Assembly: GCA_011364925.1 (NCBI GenBank)
Contig: RDOA01000005.1
Location: 32,001-96,000, forward strand
DNA: 64,000 nt
From: Promethearchaeota archaeon
GTDB taxonomy: Archaea; Asgardarchaeota; Lokiarchaeia; Sigyniarchaeales; SOKP01
Direction of reading: 5' to 3'
The notes beneath the pieces are model-generated. The model worked only from the letters and a program-made list of their open reading frames with translations, searched no databases and had not been told where the DNA came from. Positions 40,628 to 51,055 of the stretch are shown in pieces. Each line of letters starts with the position of its first letter. Position 1 is the stretch's first letter. Made by a program: the position numbers and the translations under genes.

Positions 40628-40744
40628 ATCAAACTCCTCGAAGGGTTAATGTTTTCTCTAATTTAGTTTATATAATATTGATATTCATCTTAATAAGAAA
40701 AATCTAATTGAAATGAAATATAACTCAATAGAGAGTGACTTAAT

Positions 40745-41731
40745 TTATTGAATGATAAAATTTGTGTAGATCTTTAGTTCATCTAGAACAAAACTTGTAA
40801 AGGTGTCTTCTATTTCGTCGGATTGGTAAATTTTTCTTATGAATTCTGCGTAGTCTTCTACGTTTTTTACTCGAACTATAGCAAATAAACCGTGCTGTTC
40901 CCCTATTCTAAAAAGATCGGTTATAAAGTTATTTTTCACCAAATTCAGAGCTATTTCGTTATATTTTGACGGATCTTTAGGTTTGATTCTTACAAGATAT
41001 TTCCCTTTGAATCCAACTTTTTTAGGAGAGAAGTTGAGAGCGTAATTGAGAATTACGTTCTTCCCTTCAAGCTTCTTCATTCTGTTATGAATTGTAGATT
41101 GAGAGATTTCATTTTTATTTAGTTTGCTTAAAAATTCTTTATATTTATCATTAATTATATCCTTAATTTCGTAAGTCGAGATAGGTTTTAGATTTTGATT
41201 CTCTTGCATTATTTTTAAGATAACATAATCGATGTTATCAATTTCGAAATTTGGGTCAATTTCATTATCATTTAATTCAATACCATTAGTTTTAAACACT
41301 TTAATGGTTTCAATTATATGATACTTCTTAAAATATGATTGAGCCATTATTTTATCTATAATACTTAAAACTTGGTAATATTCCTCAGAGGAATGAAATA
41401 TAAGTAATGCGAATAGAGAATATTCCCCTAAAATTCCATCAAGAATTTGTAATTGGGAGATTTTTAACAACTTTTCTAAAAGTTCTGGTTCTTTGGGATT
41501 GGTTTTAATTTCCAATAATACGTATTTGAGGTTAATTGGACGGATGTTTGGATTAATATTAATCGTAAAATTGCTAATTATTTTTTCTTTATTCAGATCA
41601 TCAAATCGTTTTTTAATTGTCTGTCTAGTATAGCCTAAAACCTGTGAAAGCTTGGTTATTACGTATTTAGATTTACTATTGAAACTTTTTATAAGATTGA
41701 GATTTTTTATATCATCTTTGACTTCGGTCAT
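40745..41731 (-). CDS. Tandem Lrp/AsnC-family regulator
   Basis: Two HTH+RAM units; divergent from ahcY. Confidence 0.85.
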   Translation of the reverse strand: MTEVKDDIKNLNLIKSFNSKSKYVITKLSQVLGYTRQTIKKRFDDLNKEKIISNFTININPNIRPINLKYVLLEIKTNPKEPELLEKLLKISQLQILDGILGEYSLFALLIFHSSEEYYQVLSIIDKIMAQSYFKKYHIIETIKVFKTNGIELNDNEIDPNFEIDNIDYVILKIMQENQNLKPISTYEIKDIINDKYKEFLSKLNKNEISQSTIHNRMKKLEGKNVILNYALNFSPKKVGFKGKYLVRIKPKDPSKYNEIALNLVKNNFITDLFRIGEQHGLFAIVRVKNVEDYAEFIRKIYQSDEIEDTFTSFVLDELKIYTNFIIQ

Positions 41732-41862
41732 ACATGTATAATAATTAGAATGTTATTTAAATGTTAATATTCTTAGAAATAGTTCACCTTTTGACCAATG
41801 ATATATTTAAATTATTATTTAAGTTATATACTTCATCAACGAAAATAATTTTAAGATGATTT

Positions 41863-43134
41863 GTGATGGTTAATTATAAAGTTGCAGATGAAAGCCTAGC
41901 TGAAAAAGGTAAGGAAGCGTTATATATCGCTGAATCAAAAATGCCAGTTACCGCTAAAGTTATTCGAGAACGATTCGCAAAAGAAAAGCCATTAAAGGGT
42001 ATTACAATTGCAGGGTGTTTACACATCACTAAAGAAACTGCAAACCTTGCTCGTACATTAAAAGCTGGAGGTGCAGATGTGTATTTATGTGGTAGCAATC
42101 CTTTATCAACCCAAGATGATGTCGCTGCAGCGTTAGTTCAAGAAGACATTAATGTGTTTGCATGGCATGGAAATACAGACGAGGAATTTTATTGGTGTAT
42201 TCGCGAATGCTTGAAAGCAAATCCAAATGTTCTAATTGACGATGGAGCAGATATGATTGTGACTGCTCATAAAGAATTTCCTGAATTGATTCAAAATGGT
42301 ACTATTATCGCGTGTCAAGAAGAAACAACAACAGGCGTGAAAAGGTTTAAAGCGATGGATAAGCAAGGGGCTTTAAAAGTTCCATTATTTCCCGTTAATG
42401 ATGCCCGTTGCAAAAATCAATTTGATAACGAATTAGGAACGGGACAGGGAATTGTTGCAGCAATATATGGAATGCATGTATTATTCGCTGGAAAAAATGT
42501 TATTGTGGCAGGATTCGGTCATTGCAGTAGCGGGATGGCATTGAGAGCACGTGGTTTGGGTGCAAATGTAATCGTTACTGAGATTGATCCGATTAAAGCA
42601 CTCCAAGCTAAATTTGCTGGTTATCAAGTTATGCCTATTTCAGAGGCTTTACCCATTGCAGATATTATTTTAACTGCGACGGGATGCAAACATGTGATAT
42701 TACCTACAAAAGAAAATTTTGATGCTCTTAAAGATGGAGTCATTTTAGGTAATCTAGGACATTTTGACATTGAGATTCCAACTAAGGAAATCTATGAATA
42801 CGCTAAAGAAATCAAGCCAATTAGGCAAAATGTTGAAGAATTAATTTTTCCGGATGGCAAAAGGATTTATTTGCTTGCAAAAGGAAGATTGGCGAATTTA
42901 GTGCTCTCTGAGGGACATCCTGCTGAAGTAATGGATATGTCATTTAGTCTTCAATCTTTAATGTCAGAATATATTGTTAAAAATAAAGAAAAATTAAGAC
43001 CAGGAATGATTGATATTCCCAGTGAAATTGATGACGAGGTTGGTTTCTTAAAACTCCAGTCCTTAGGCGTTGAGATTGACAAGCTTACGGATGAACAATA
43101 CAAATATATCCATGGCTACGAAGAGGGTACATAA
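41863..43134 (+). CDS. ahcY: Adenosylhomocysteinase
   Basis: GCLHITKET, SNPLSTQD, EETTTG, GHFDIE, EGHPAEVMDMSF. Confidence 0.95.
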   Translation: MMVNYKVADESLAEKGKEALYIAESKMPVTAKVIRERFAKEKPLKGITIAGCLHITKETANLARTLKAGGADVYLCGSNPLSTQDDVAAALVQEDINVFAWHGNTDEEFYWCIRECLKANPNVLIDDGADMIVTAHKEFPELIQNGTIIACQEETTTGVKRFKAMDKQGALKVPLFPVNDARCKNQFDNELGTGQGIVAAIYGMHVLFAGKNVIVAGFGHCSSGMALRARGLGANVIVTEIDPIKALQAKFAGYQVMPISEALPIADIILTATGCKHVILPTKENFDALKDGVILGNLGHFDIEIPTKEIYEYAKEIKPIRQNVEELIFPDGKRIYLLAKGRLANLVLSEGHPAEVMDMSFSLQSLMSEYIVKNKEKLRPGMIDIPSEIDDEVGFLKLQSLGVEIDKLTDEQYKYIHGYEEGT

Positions 43135-43229
43135 ATTTGATAATTTAATTAGGTATTTTTTAATTTTTATTCTTTTTTAGTGTAATTTTTGAGTGATTCT
43201 TGAGTATATCTGTAAAAAGCACTATTTTA

Positions 43230-44072
43230 TCATTTAATTAAAGGGGGTCCTCGAGCGATCCTTTTTTTAAAATTATCTAATGAATAACGTCCGGGCCACA
43301 TTGATTCAACAAACCAAGTTATCCCAACATCAAGATAATTATTAATCCATTCATCTTCATCTTTTATACCTGTTGAGGTAATAGATTTAATAATATCATA
43401 AGAACCGAATGAACTTCTATATTGTTTTAAATAATTTACAATTTCTCTATAATCGTTTGGAGATAAATTTTCATCACCACTTATTTTGATTGGAAACACA
43501 CCATCATATTTGGCTGCCCTCTGAAATGGTTTCTTATTGGGCCAAATCCCACCAACCCAAATGGGAATTTTCTCTTGATAAGGTTTTGGAAAGAATTCTA
43601 CTTCTTTAATATTAAAATGCTTCCCTTTAAATGTAAAGCGTTTATTAGCCCATAACCCTTTTATTATTTGCAAAGATTCATCCAATTTTTCCCTCCTAAT
43701 TATTGGATCAGTATTTTCTCCAAAATTACTGAACTCTGAACCAGCTCCTAAACCAACACCCAAAATTATTCTTCCTTTTGATAAGCGATCAAGAGTAGAT
43801 ACTTCTTTTGCAATTATCCATGGTCTTCTTCTTGCCAAAGGAGTGACTGTTGTTCCTAATTTAACTCTTTTTGTTTTTGCAGCAATTGCTGATAAAATTA
43901 TCCATGGATCTAAAAATGGTTGCGTTTTATTTGAGGATAAATAGACATGATCCCATAAGAAGAACCCATCCCAGCCATTATTCTCACTTAAAATTGCTAA
44001 ATCAATATAATCTTGAGGATCATCAGTTATACCATAATTAGCAATATAAATTCCAAATTTATTTTTTGGCAT
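43230..44072 (-). CDS. LLM-class flavin/F420-dependent oxidoreductase
   Basis: FLWDH, DPWIILSAIA, LDRLSKGRIILGVG. Confidence 0.9.
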   Translation of the reverse strand: MPKNKFGIYIANYGITDDPQDYIDLAILSENNGWDGFFLWDHVYLSSNKTQPFLDPWIILSAIAAKTKRVKLGTTVTPLARRRPWIIAKEVSTLDRLSKGRIILGVGLGAGSEFSNFGENTDPIIRREKLDESLQIIKGLWANKRFTFKGKHFNIKEVEFFPKPYQEKIPIWVGGIWPNKKPFQRAAKYDGVFPIKISGDENLSPNDYREIVNYLKQYRSSFGSYDIIKSITSTGIKDEDEWINNYLDVGITWFVESMWPGRYSLDNFKKRIARGPPLIK

Positions 44073-44300
44073 TATTAGAAGCGTTATTTTTTTTACATTA
44101 CCTTACCTTATAATGAAAGATTCAAATAATAATAAAGTGGGTTAAAAATTTCTATTTTCCTTAATGAAGGTTGTCTAATATATTTTGTATACATGTTATC
44201 TTGTAATACGCTAAAACTTTAATCAATAGGAATTCAAATTGATGAATAATAACAATTACTTCTGAGAATTCGCAGTTAGGAAAATATCCACTTAATTTAA

Positions 44301-45239
44301 TTATCTTAATTTTGGGAGAATTTGCTCTCCAAATATTTTCAAGTTGTCAATAGATCCCATAAAAGTAAATACTTTTAAACCCCTATTGATCAACTCTTGC
44401 ATCGCCTCAATGTGAGCTTCTGGTGTTGATGGAGAACTTTCGACGAACTTTTTTAATTCTTTTAATGTTTTATTACCTCTCATTTTTAACCTCATAGCAC
44501 GTCTGGAAATATCTTCTTTTGTAGGATTAAGCCATAGTGTATATCCTGCAGCAATTCGAACCTCATTAGCGTCTCTCCCTAACTCTTTACATCTTTCAGA
44601 TATTAGAAGTCTCCGATCCTCTAAGGCATCTAATGAAGGATCAAAAACACAATGAATAATATCAGCATAACGCGAAGCAATTTTAATAGTTAAATTGCCA
44701 AAAACTCCCGTCATTATTGGTACTTCTTTCTGAACTGGAAGTGGACTATTTAAAGTATTTTCAACAGAAAAAACATTCCCTTTATAAGTAGTATACTCAT
44801 TACGCAACATTGAATGAACAATAGCTAATGTGTCTTCAAAACCTTGTATTCTTTCCTTAGCTGGAGGAAACCTCCCGTAAAATCCATTAAATTCAGCTTG
44901 ATGCCACCCTGCACCAAGACCCATTATTAATCTTCCATTACTTATAATATCAACACTCGTTGCTATTTTTGCTAGTAATGTTGGTGCTCTATAACCATAA
45001 CATGATACCAACGGTCCTAACCGGATCTTCTTAGTGACTGCTGCAAGACCCGCTAGTAAACTCCAACATTCCAGAGGATGATTTTCCTTACCCGAGGGAT
45101 TCATCATATTCATGAAATGATCAGTTGTTGTAAACAGATCAAGACCAATATCTTCAGCTGTTAAACAGATTTTTTTCATACTTTCGAAATTAAGACCCTC
45201 AGAAGGAACATGATAACCAAACCAAATATCATCATTCAT
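44301..45239 (-). CDS. LLM-class F420-dependent oxidoreductase
   Basis: TDHF, LECWSLLAGLA, VDIISNGRLIMGLGAGW. Confidence 0.9.
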   Translation of the reverse strand: MNDDIWFGYHVPSEGLNFESMKKICLTAEDIGLDLFTTTDHFMNMMNPSGKENHPLECWSLLAGLAAVTKKIRLGPLVSCYGYRAPTLLAKIATSVDIISNGRLIMGLGAGWHQAEFNGFYGRFPPAKERIQGFEDTLAIVHSMLRNEYTTYKGNVFSVENTLNSPLPVQKEVPIMTGVFGNLTIKIASRYADIIHCVFDPSLDALEDRRLLISERCKELGRDANEVRIAAGYTLWLNPTKEDISRRAMRLKMRGNKTLKELKKFVESSPSTPEAHIEAMQELINRGLKVFTFMGSIDNLKIFGEQILPKLR

Positions 45240-45285
45240 TTGATAACCCCATATTAAGTTGATACTTGTTTTTATTTTTAATTCA

Positions 45286-45315
45286 AGGTGTCCGTTCAGA
45301 TTATCTAGGACACCT
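45286..45315. promoter_or_regulatory. Perfect 8-bp inverted repeat upstream of LLM gene
   Basis: AGGTGTCC-N14-GGACACCT. Confidence 0.45.
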
Positions 45316-45560
45316 AGATTATTAATTAATAATAATTTTATTATTTGATTTCTAATTTAAATTAAATTCGCTAATTTATTATAAGTAAAAACATCATGCA
45401 ATAGTAAAAATATGAAAGAAAATATAGAACCTAAATTTCCTTTTCAATTTCCATTAATTTATAAAACTTTTTATACATACTAAAAACCATTTTTTTCTAC
45501 ATTTGTGTCCAACAAAGTAGGTAATAAGGTTTTTAAAATAGTGATAACAATATTGAATTT

Positions 45561-46394
45561 ATGAGTGAAAATCTCTTAAAAAAGCATGAGCTTACAATTT
45601 ATTATACACTAACATTTGTATTTATGGGTTTTGGGGCTTTGTTATCATTCATATTCAAAATCGAGATCTTTAGTGTAACTAATGTTGATATAATTTCTCT
45701 GATTTTATGGGTAGTTATGGCCTTTAGTCCCACTTACTCTGCCATTCTTCTTACAGGAATAAATCACGGTAAAGATGGTTTGAAAGAGCTATTATCTGGT
45801 TACTTCAAGTTTAGAGTATCATGGAAATGGTGGTTAGGTGCATTAGCTCTTGTACTTGTGCCATTTTTGACATGTGTCGTTATCGCATTAGTTAGTGGAG
45901 GATACACACTTCCTATAGAGTTTACGATCCCACTTTTAATTGTTAATATAGTTTATACCTTTTTTTCAGGACCTATCGCAGAAGAAGCTGGTTGGAGAGG
46001 CTTTGCTCTCCCCCGAATGCTTAAGAAACAAAATGCTACCACTGCTACACTCTTGCAAGGGGTGATTTGGATTTTTTGGCATGTACCTTTAATCTTTGTT
46101 CCTGGTTCCTCTCAGTCAACTTCATTTTGGCCAGTTTATGCTATTTTAATATTATTGGTTAATATTATTTTAAACTGGTTATATATAAACTCAAAAGGTA
46201 GCTTAGCAGTTACAATCCTAGCCCACTTCTCTTTCAATTTTAGTAGCGTACTCATACTTAGTTTGCTCTCTTTAGTTCCATATATGATCTTTAGTATTGT
46301 AGGTTCAATTCTTGGAGTGCTCTATCTCTTGCTTATTTACATTTTTTTTAGTTCAAAGACGTACAAACCTCGATCTAAACCAAATAGAGAATAA
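45561..46394 (+). CDS. CPBP (CAAX protease/Abi) intramembrane metalloprotease
   Basis: EEAGWRG, FWHVP, AHFSFN. Confidence 0.9.
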   Translation: MSENLLKKHELTIYYTLTFVFMGFGALLSFIFKIEIFSVTNVDIISLILWVVMAFSPTYSAILLTGINHGKDGLKELLSGYFKFRVSWKWWLGALALVLVPFLTCVVIALVSGGYTLPIEFTIPLLIVNIVYTFFSGPIAEEAGWRGFALPRMLKKQNATTATLLQGVIWIFWHVPLIFVPGSSQSTSFWPVYAILILLVNIILNWLYINSKGSLAVTILAHFSFNFSSVLILSLLSLVPYMIFSIVGSILGVLYLLLIYIFFSSKTYKPRSKPNRE

Positions 46395-46589
46395 TCCAAA
46401 CCTACTTTTCTTTTTGATTTTAAAAATTATTTTGATATTTATTTAACCCGTGTTTCCAAAATTCTTTTTTGATCTCTTTAAGCTCTTCCTGATTCGAGTG
46501 CATAATAATAAAGATTGTGATTTTAACGGGAATCATTGCTCAAATTAAATTAGCTTAGAAAATTTAAATCATAAAATTTTTAGTTATTT

Positions 46590-47093
46590 ATGAAAGTAAA
46601 TCTAGAAATAACATTAGAAGAATTATTAGAATTGATGAGGTATTCTTTTCTCAGGCTAGATGGAGCGTGGTTCATGGCGTCGGTAGAGAAAGTTGGTTTG
46701 GAGACCGCGACAGAATTAGATGTTAAAGCATGGGAGATGTTTTCTGAAAGGTTGGGGAAAAAAATTGCTGCAATAACAAATTTGAAAGGCGCTTTCTCTC
46801 AAACAGTACCAAAATTATTGAAGATCCAACATACACTTATGAATATGAACTCAGAAATAGAGGTTATTAATGAGAACAAAATGATCCACAGAGTTTTAGA
46901 TTGTGAAGTTTGGGAAATGGTTCAGAAAGTATGGCCTCAGGATGCAGTTCCTTGTCACAAGGTTACACTTGCGAGTATTAGAGGTTTGCTAAAGGGAGCT
47001 TTTCCAGAAAAAGAGTTTATCTTGAAATTTAATAAGAAAATTCCTTTAGGAGATCCTTATTGTGAAATTGAAATTTCCATTAAAAATTCATGA
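46590..47093 (+). CDS. V4R-like/DUF6125-type protein
   Basis: RLDGAWF N-terminus and C...C...GDPYCE. Confidence 0.65.
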   Translation: MKVNLEITLEELLELMRYSFLRLDGAWFMASVEKVGLETATELDVKAWEMFSERLGKKIAAITNLKGAFSQTVPKLLKIQHTLMNMNSEIEVINENKMIHRVLDCEVWEMVQKVWPQDAVPCHKVTLASIRGLLKGAFPEKEFILKFNKKIPLGDPYCEIEISIKNS

Positions 47094-47205
47094 TAACTTT
47101 ATCTCTTTATAGTTATATTTCCTACTATTTTCTCTTTTTAATTTGAACTTTTTTACCTAAAGTGCTTCTTCATGAATTTTTACATTTTCCTAAAAACATT
47201 TAATT

Positions 47206-48252
47206 TTAAATCACTGTTGGATTTAAAATCTCGTTCGCTGAGGTGCCCTTATAAATCTCTTTCGCTAAATTTCTTAACCCATCAAGTCCTATCGGTTCTT
47301 CTTTAAGTCGATCAGACTCCCAAATTTTTGTGTTTCTAAACTCGTTTTTAATTTCTTGGAGATATTTTTGCTGAACCGAAGAAATCTGACCACAAAAGTC
47401 ACATTTCTTAGCATGTTTCTTAGGAATTATCATATTTATATGGACAGCATCTAGGTTAATATATTTTTTAGTTAAATCTCTCGCTCTTTTAACTTCCTCA
47501 AAACTTGGTTTCTCAGCAATCGAAACCAATCTTAATGATCCTACATTATGAATTAGTTCAGTGATCCTTTCTCCTCGTTTTTCAAGTTCAACCATCATGT
47601 CAAAGATTTCTTTTCCCAACTCCTTTCTGTTTTCATAACCATCATCGAACGGCTTTAAAATTTGCCTAAACATGTTAGAGAAATTTTTCATAGCGTCTTT
47701 AATGGAATTATAAAAATTTAGCGAATATTTCAAAACTACTTTGACTTGATCTTCAGGAATTTCAAAAAGTGCGATCATATTTGCAGTTGGGGGAAAATCA
47801 GCTATAATGATATCAAATTGTATGTCCTGAGAATTTACATCCTCTGAGTCTAAGATTTTTTGGAAAAACATGGCATTTTTTAAAGCTAAGGGTATGGAAT
47901 CTGTTGTAAAAGTCGTATCAATAAATTCCTCAATTTGCGGGATTCTACCTATTAAAGGCATCTGCTTCGTCAATGTCTTCATTTTATTAACTAAATCTTG
48001 CGTATAAACTTCTGCATATTCATTCGCATCTGGTTCAATCGCCCATAAATTGCTCGTAATTGGAGTTATCGCGTTACCTATCTCTTTTGATAGTAGATCT
48101 GATAGATTATGTGCCATATCAAAAGACATTAAAAGAATCTTCTTTTCTGGTAGCAAATCGGATAAAATTACTGCTGTAGCAGTGCTTATAGAGCTTTTAC
48201 CAACTCCTCCTTTCCCACCTAACACTATTATCTTTTCGATCATACTGTACAC
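47206..48252 (-). CDS. ArsA/Get3-family ATPase (single domain)
   Basis: GGKGGVGKS, SFDMAHNLSD, ADFPPTAN, CDFC, EEPIG. Confidence 0.85.
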   Translation of the reverse strand: MYSMIEKIIVLGGKGGVGKSSISTATAVILSDLLPEKKILLMSFDMAHNLSDLLSKEIGNAITPITSNLWAIEPDANEYAEVYTQDLVNKMKTLTKQMPLIGRIPQIEEFIDTTFTTDSIPLALKNAMFFQKILDSEDVNSQDIQFDIIIADFPPTANMIALFEIPEDQVKVVLKYSLNFYNSIKDAMKNFSNMFRQILKPFDDGYENRKELGKEIFDMMVELEKRGERITELIHNVGSLRLVSIAEKPSFEEVKRARDLTKKYINLDAVHINMIIPKKHAKKCDFCGQISSVQQKYLQEIKNEFRNTKIWESDRLKEEPIGLDGLRNLAKEIYKGTSANEILNPTVI

Positions 48253-48341
48253 TGAAATATTTTAAGATCAGAAGCAAAATAGTAACAAATATTAATAATA
48301 TAAAATAAATTCAATAATTTTAATAATTCGACACTAATTTG

Positions 48342-48518
48342 CTATTTGTTTTCTGGAAAAAATATTAATCTTCCTGAAAGTGTAGGTTGTTCAGAATTCT
48401 TATCTTCTTCGAAATAAAAATAAAACCTTCCAATCTCGGTAATAACTCTACATTTGAATTTTCTTTTTGTAGAATTTGAAAGCCTTTTTAACAGTTTATT
48501 ATTCCAATAAAGGGACAT
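48342..48518 (-). CDS. Small hypothetical protein (58 aa); absent from ORF track
   Basis: MSLYWNNKLLKRLSNSTKRKFKCRVITEIGRFYFYFEEDKNSEQPTLSGRLIFFPENK*. Confidence 0.5.
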   Translation of the reverse strand: MSLYWNNKLLKRLSNSTKRKFKCRVITEIGRFYFYFEEDKNSEQPTLSGRLIFFPENK

Positions 48519-49048
48519 ATTTTATATGACTCTATTCTTCTTAAAAAAAATCCATTTTATGGAGATATTATCACACTAAGTGTTAAATCTAATTTAATAC
48601 TTCAAATTAGCAAAAAATATATTGAATAAAATATTTTAATCATATAATCATCATTTTTAGATAATTTTATCATATTTTCAAATTACAGAATAATATTAAC
48701 ACATTAAAGTTTTTAATCGAATAATTAAGATTTTCAAAAATTACTATTAATTAAATGAAATAATTAAATAAATCAATCAAAAAATAAAATCAAATATTTA
48801 ATGAAATCAATAAATCAAAATCATTAATTAGACTTATATAAATCTATAGAAGTAGATTCTTAATTCAAGCTTATAAAAGAACAAAAAACATCCTTTAAAA
48901 GATATAACCATCAGAAAAATCAATTAAAACTACTCTATTTAGTTCTAGTTCCTATTTAGTAGTTAGATTTTACTTCTCCTTATAAGTTTAGAATTAGTTT
49001 TGATTTGCTGATGAAATTAGGTAAGATGACAATAAAATAGAAAAGGAA

Positions 49049-50230
49049 GTGATTATGATTACATCAAATAATGTAGATTTTACTACAAAGTATATAATTG
49101 AGGTAAAATTTAAGATTAAAGGTGTTGTTGAGAAATCAGACATTGTGGGGGCCGTTTTTGGACAAACTGAAGGCCTCCTCTTGGATTTAGATTTAAGAGA
49201 TCTTCAGAAGTCTGGAAGAATCGGTCGGATTGAAGTTGATAACGAATCTAAGGAAGGAGTTTCCGAAGGAATCATTAAGATACCTTCGAGTTTAACACGT
49301 AAAGAGACGGCTCTATTAGCAGCAACAGTTGAAACTGTCACTCGTGTAGGTCCTTGTGAAGCTGAAATCCGTCTAATGGAAATAAGAGATGTACGAGAAA
49401 CGAAACGTAAACGAATAATAGAGAGGGCGGCTGTATTATTAAAAGAATGGGACCAAAAATCTCTAGATCATAGTGAAATTGAAGAGAAAATAGACGCAGG
49501 CATCAAACTCGGAGAAATTACTGCTTGGGGTCCAGAAAATTTACCTGCAGGTCCTGATGTCGAAACAAATCCAGATTTAATTATTGTTGAAGGCAGAGCT
49601 GATGTTCTGAATTTACTACGTATAGAAGTAAAAAATACAATTGCGGTTCAAGGTACGCAAGTACCCAAATCAGTTTTAAAATTAATAGAATCGAAGAATT
49701 CAACAACTGCTTTCTTAGATGGCGATAGAGGTGGCGACATTATTTTAAACGAGCTTTTACAACTAACCAAAATTGATTACATCGCGCGAGCTCCCGAAGG
49801 CTTAGAAGTAGAAGAACTTACGCGTAAACAAATGATAAAAGCTCTCCAAAGTAAAAAACCTTCAGAAAATAAAACTGAATCACGCTCAAAAGATAAAAAA
49901 GCATTAACTGGTAAGGATGCATTATTTCAAAAACTTATGAAAAAATTGAAGGTAAAAAATCACTCAATCATAAAAGAAAGTTTAGAACAAATAGAACCGG
50001 GACACAGTATTGGATTTAATAAGAGTTTAGAGAAATTATTTGATATACCAGCTGGAGAACTTTTTGAAAAGATTAAAGATTATCAATCGACACAATTTCT
50101 TGTGATTGATGGCATCTTAACGGGGCGTCTGATTTCACTTTTGGTGCCCATGAAAATAAAGTTTATTGCTTCTAAAAATAAGGAAGAAGATCTTAGAGTT
50201 CCCTCAGATATCATAACATTCTTCTTTTAA
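49049..50230 (+). CDS. dnaG: Archaeal DnaG-like primase/exosome-associated protein
   Basis: GAVFGQTEGLL, LQKSGRIGRI, IVEGRADV, FLDGDRGG (TOPRIM). Confidence 0.95.
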   Translation: MIMITSNNVDFTTKYIIEVKFKIKGVVEKSDIVGAVFGQTEGLLLDLDLRDLQKSGRIGRIEVDNESKEGVSEGIIKIPSSLTRKETALLAATVETVTRVGPCEAEIRLMEIRDVRETKRKRIIERAAVLLKEWDQKSLDHSEIEEKIDAGIKLGEITAWGPENLPAGPDVETNPDLIIVEGRADVLNLLRIEVKNTIAVQGTQVPKSVLKLIESKNSTTAFLDGDRGGDIILNELLQLTKIDYIARAPEGLEVEELTRKQMIKALQSKKPSENKTESRSKDKKALTGKDALFQKLMKKLKVKNHSIIKESLEQIEPGHSIGFNKSLEKLFDIPAGELFEKIKDYQSTQFLVIDGILTGRLISLLVPMKIKFIASKNKEEDLRVPSDIITFFF

Positions 50231-50268
50231 TTTGTATCTTTTTCTGAAGTCTAATTTTAAGATCTCAA

Positions 50269-50688
50269 TTATCTTTTTGTACATTTTACATTTATTGGTA
50301 ATCCTTCAGCTATAGAGTTCGAGACTATGCAATATTCCCTAAACTTTTCAATGCATTTGTTAATCTCTACTTCCGAATTAGCTTCTTTCGGAGTAAATTT
50401 CAGCTCAACATTGACAGTCGCTAATCTTAAAAGCATTTTAGGACCAGAATGAGATAACTTCCCTTCTACTTCTATTTTTAAATCTTCCAGCTCGATATTC
50501 TCCTTCTGAAGACAATAAATAAATGAGGTACCTAAGCACCCTCCTATCCCTATTAATAAATACTCAACCGCACTTGGACCGAGATCTGTTCCGTGAAACG
50601 AGATTGGTTCGTCTACATCAAATTCTATAAATTTCCTTACAGAAGCTTTAAAATGAAGGTCTTTACTATAGTCTAATAACACTTTCAT
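50269..50688 (-). CDS. OsmC family protein
   Basis: GPSAVEYLL..GGC and YCIVSNS. Confidence 0.88.
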   Translation of the reverse strand: MKVLLDYSKDLHFKASVRKFIEFDVDEPISFHGTDLGPSAVEYLLIGIGGCLGTSFIYCLQKENIELEDLKIEVEGKLSHSGPKMLLRLATVNVELKFTPKEANSEVEINKCIEKFREYCIVSNSIAEGLPINVKCTKR

Positions 50689-50748
50689 AACAATAAAACC
50701 TTAAAAACAACTTATTGTTTTAAAAGAAATAAAATTTGTTTAAAAACT

Positions 50749-51000
50749 CTACCCAATGTTTAAGACGAAATTAACTAGAGTCCAAATTAGCTGAATAACA
50801 TACGAGATAACGCCTAATATTAAAATTCCAACAGCACAAATCTTAAAAACAAGAAAATAATCTTTCCTACTCGGTCTATTTGCGATTTTAAATATTCTTC
50901 TAGTATTCTGAAAAAAGACTCCTATACGCTCGTAAAGGGATAGTTTCTTCCCCTTGTCGTATCTCTCGTATTTCTCATACTTTGGGTAACTATTAGACAC
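50749..51000 (-). CDS. secE: Protein translocase SecE/Sec61 gamma
   Basis: RRIFKIANRPSRKDY followed by a C-terminal TM. Confidence 0.85.
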   Translation of the reverse strand: MSNSYPKYEKYERYDKGKKLSLYERIGVFFQNTRRIFKIANRPSRKDYFLVFKICAVGILILGVISYVIQLIWTLVNFVLNIG

Positions 51001-51055
51001 AATTAAAGTAAAAATAAATATTTAAAAAATTTAACTGTTATTCCCAATTTCTTCT

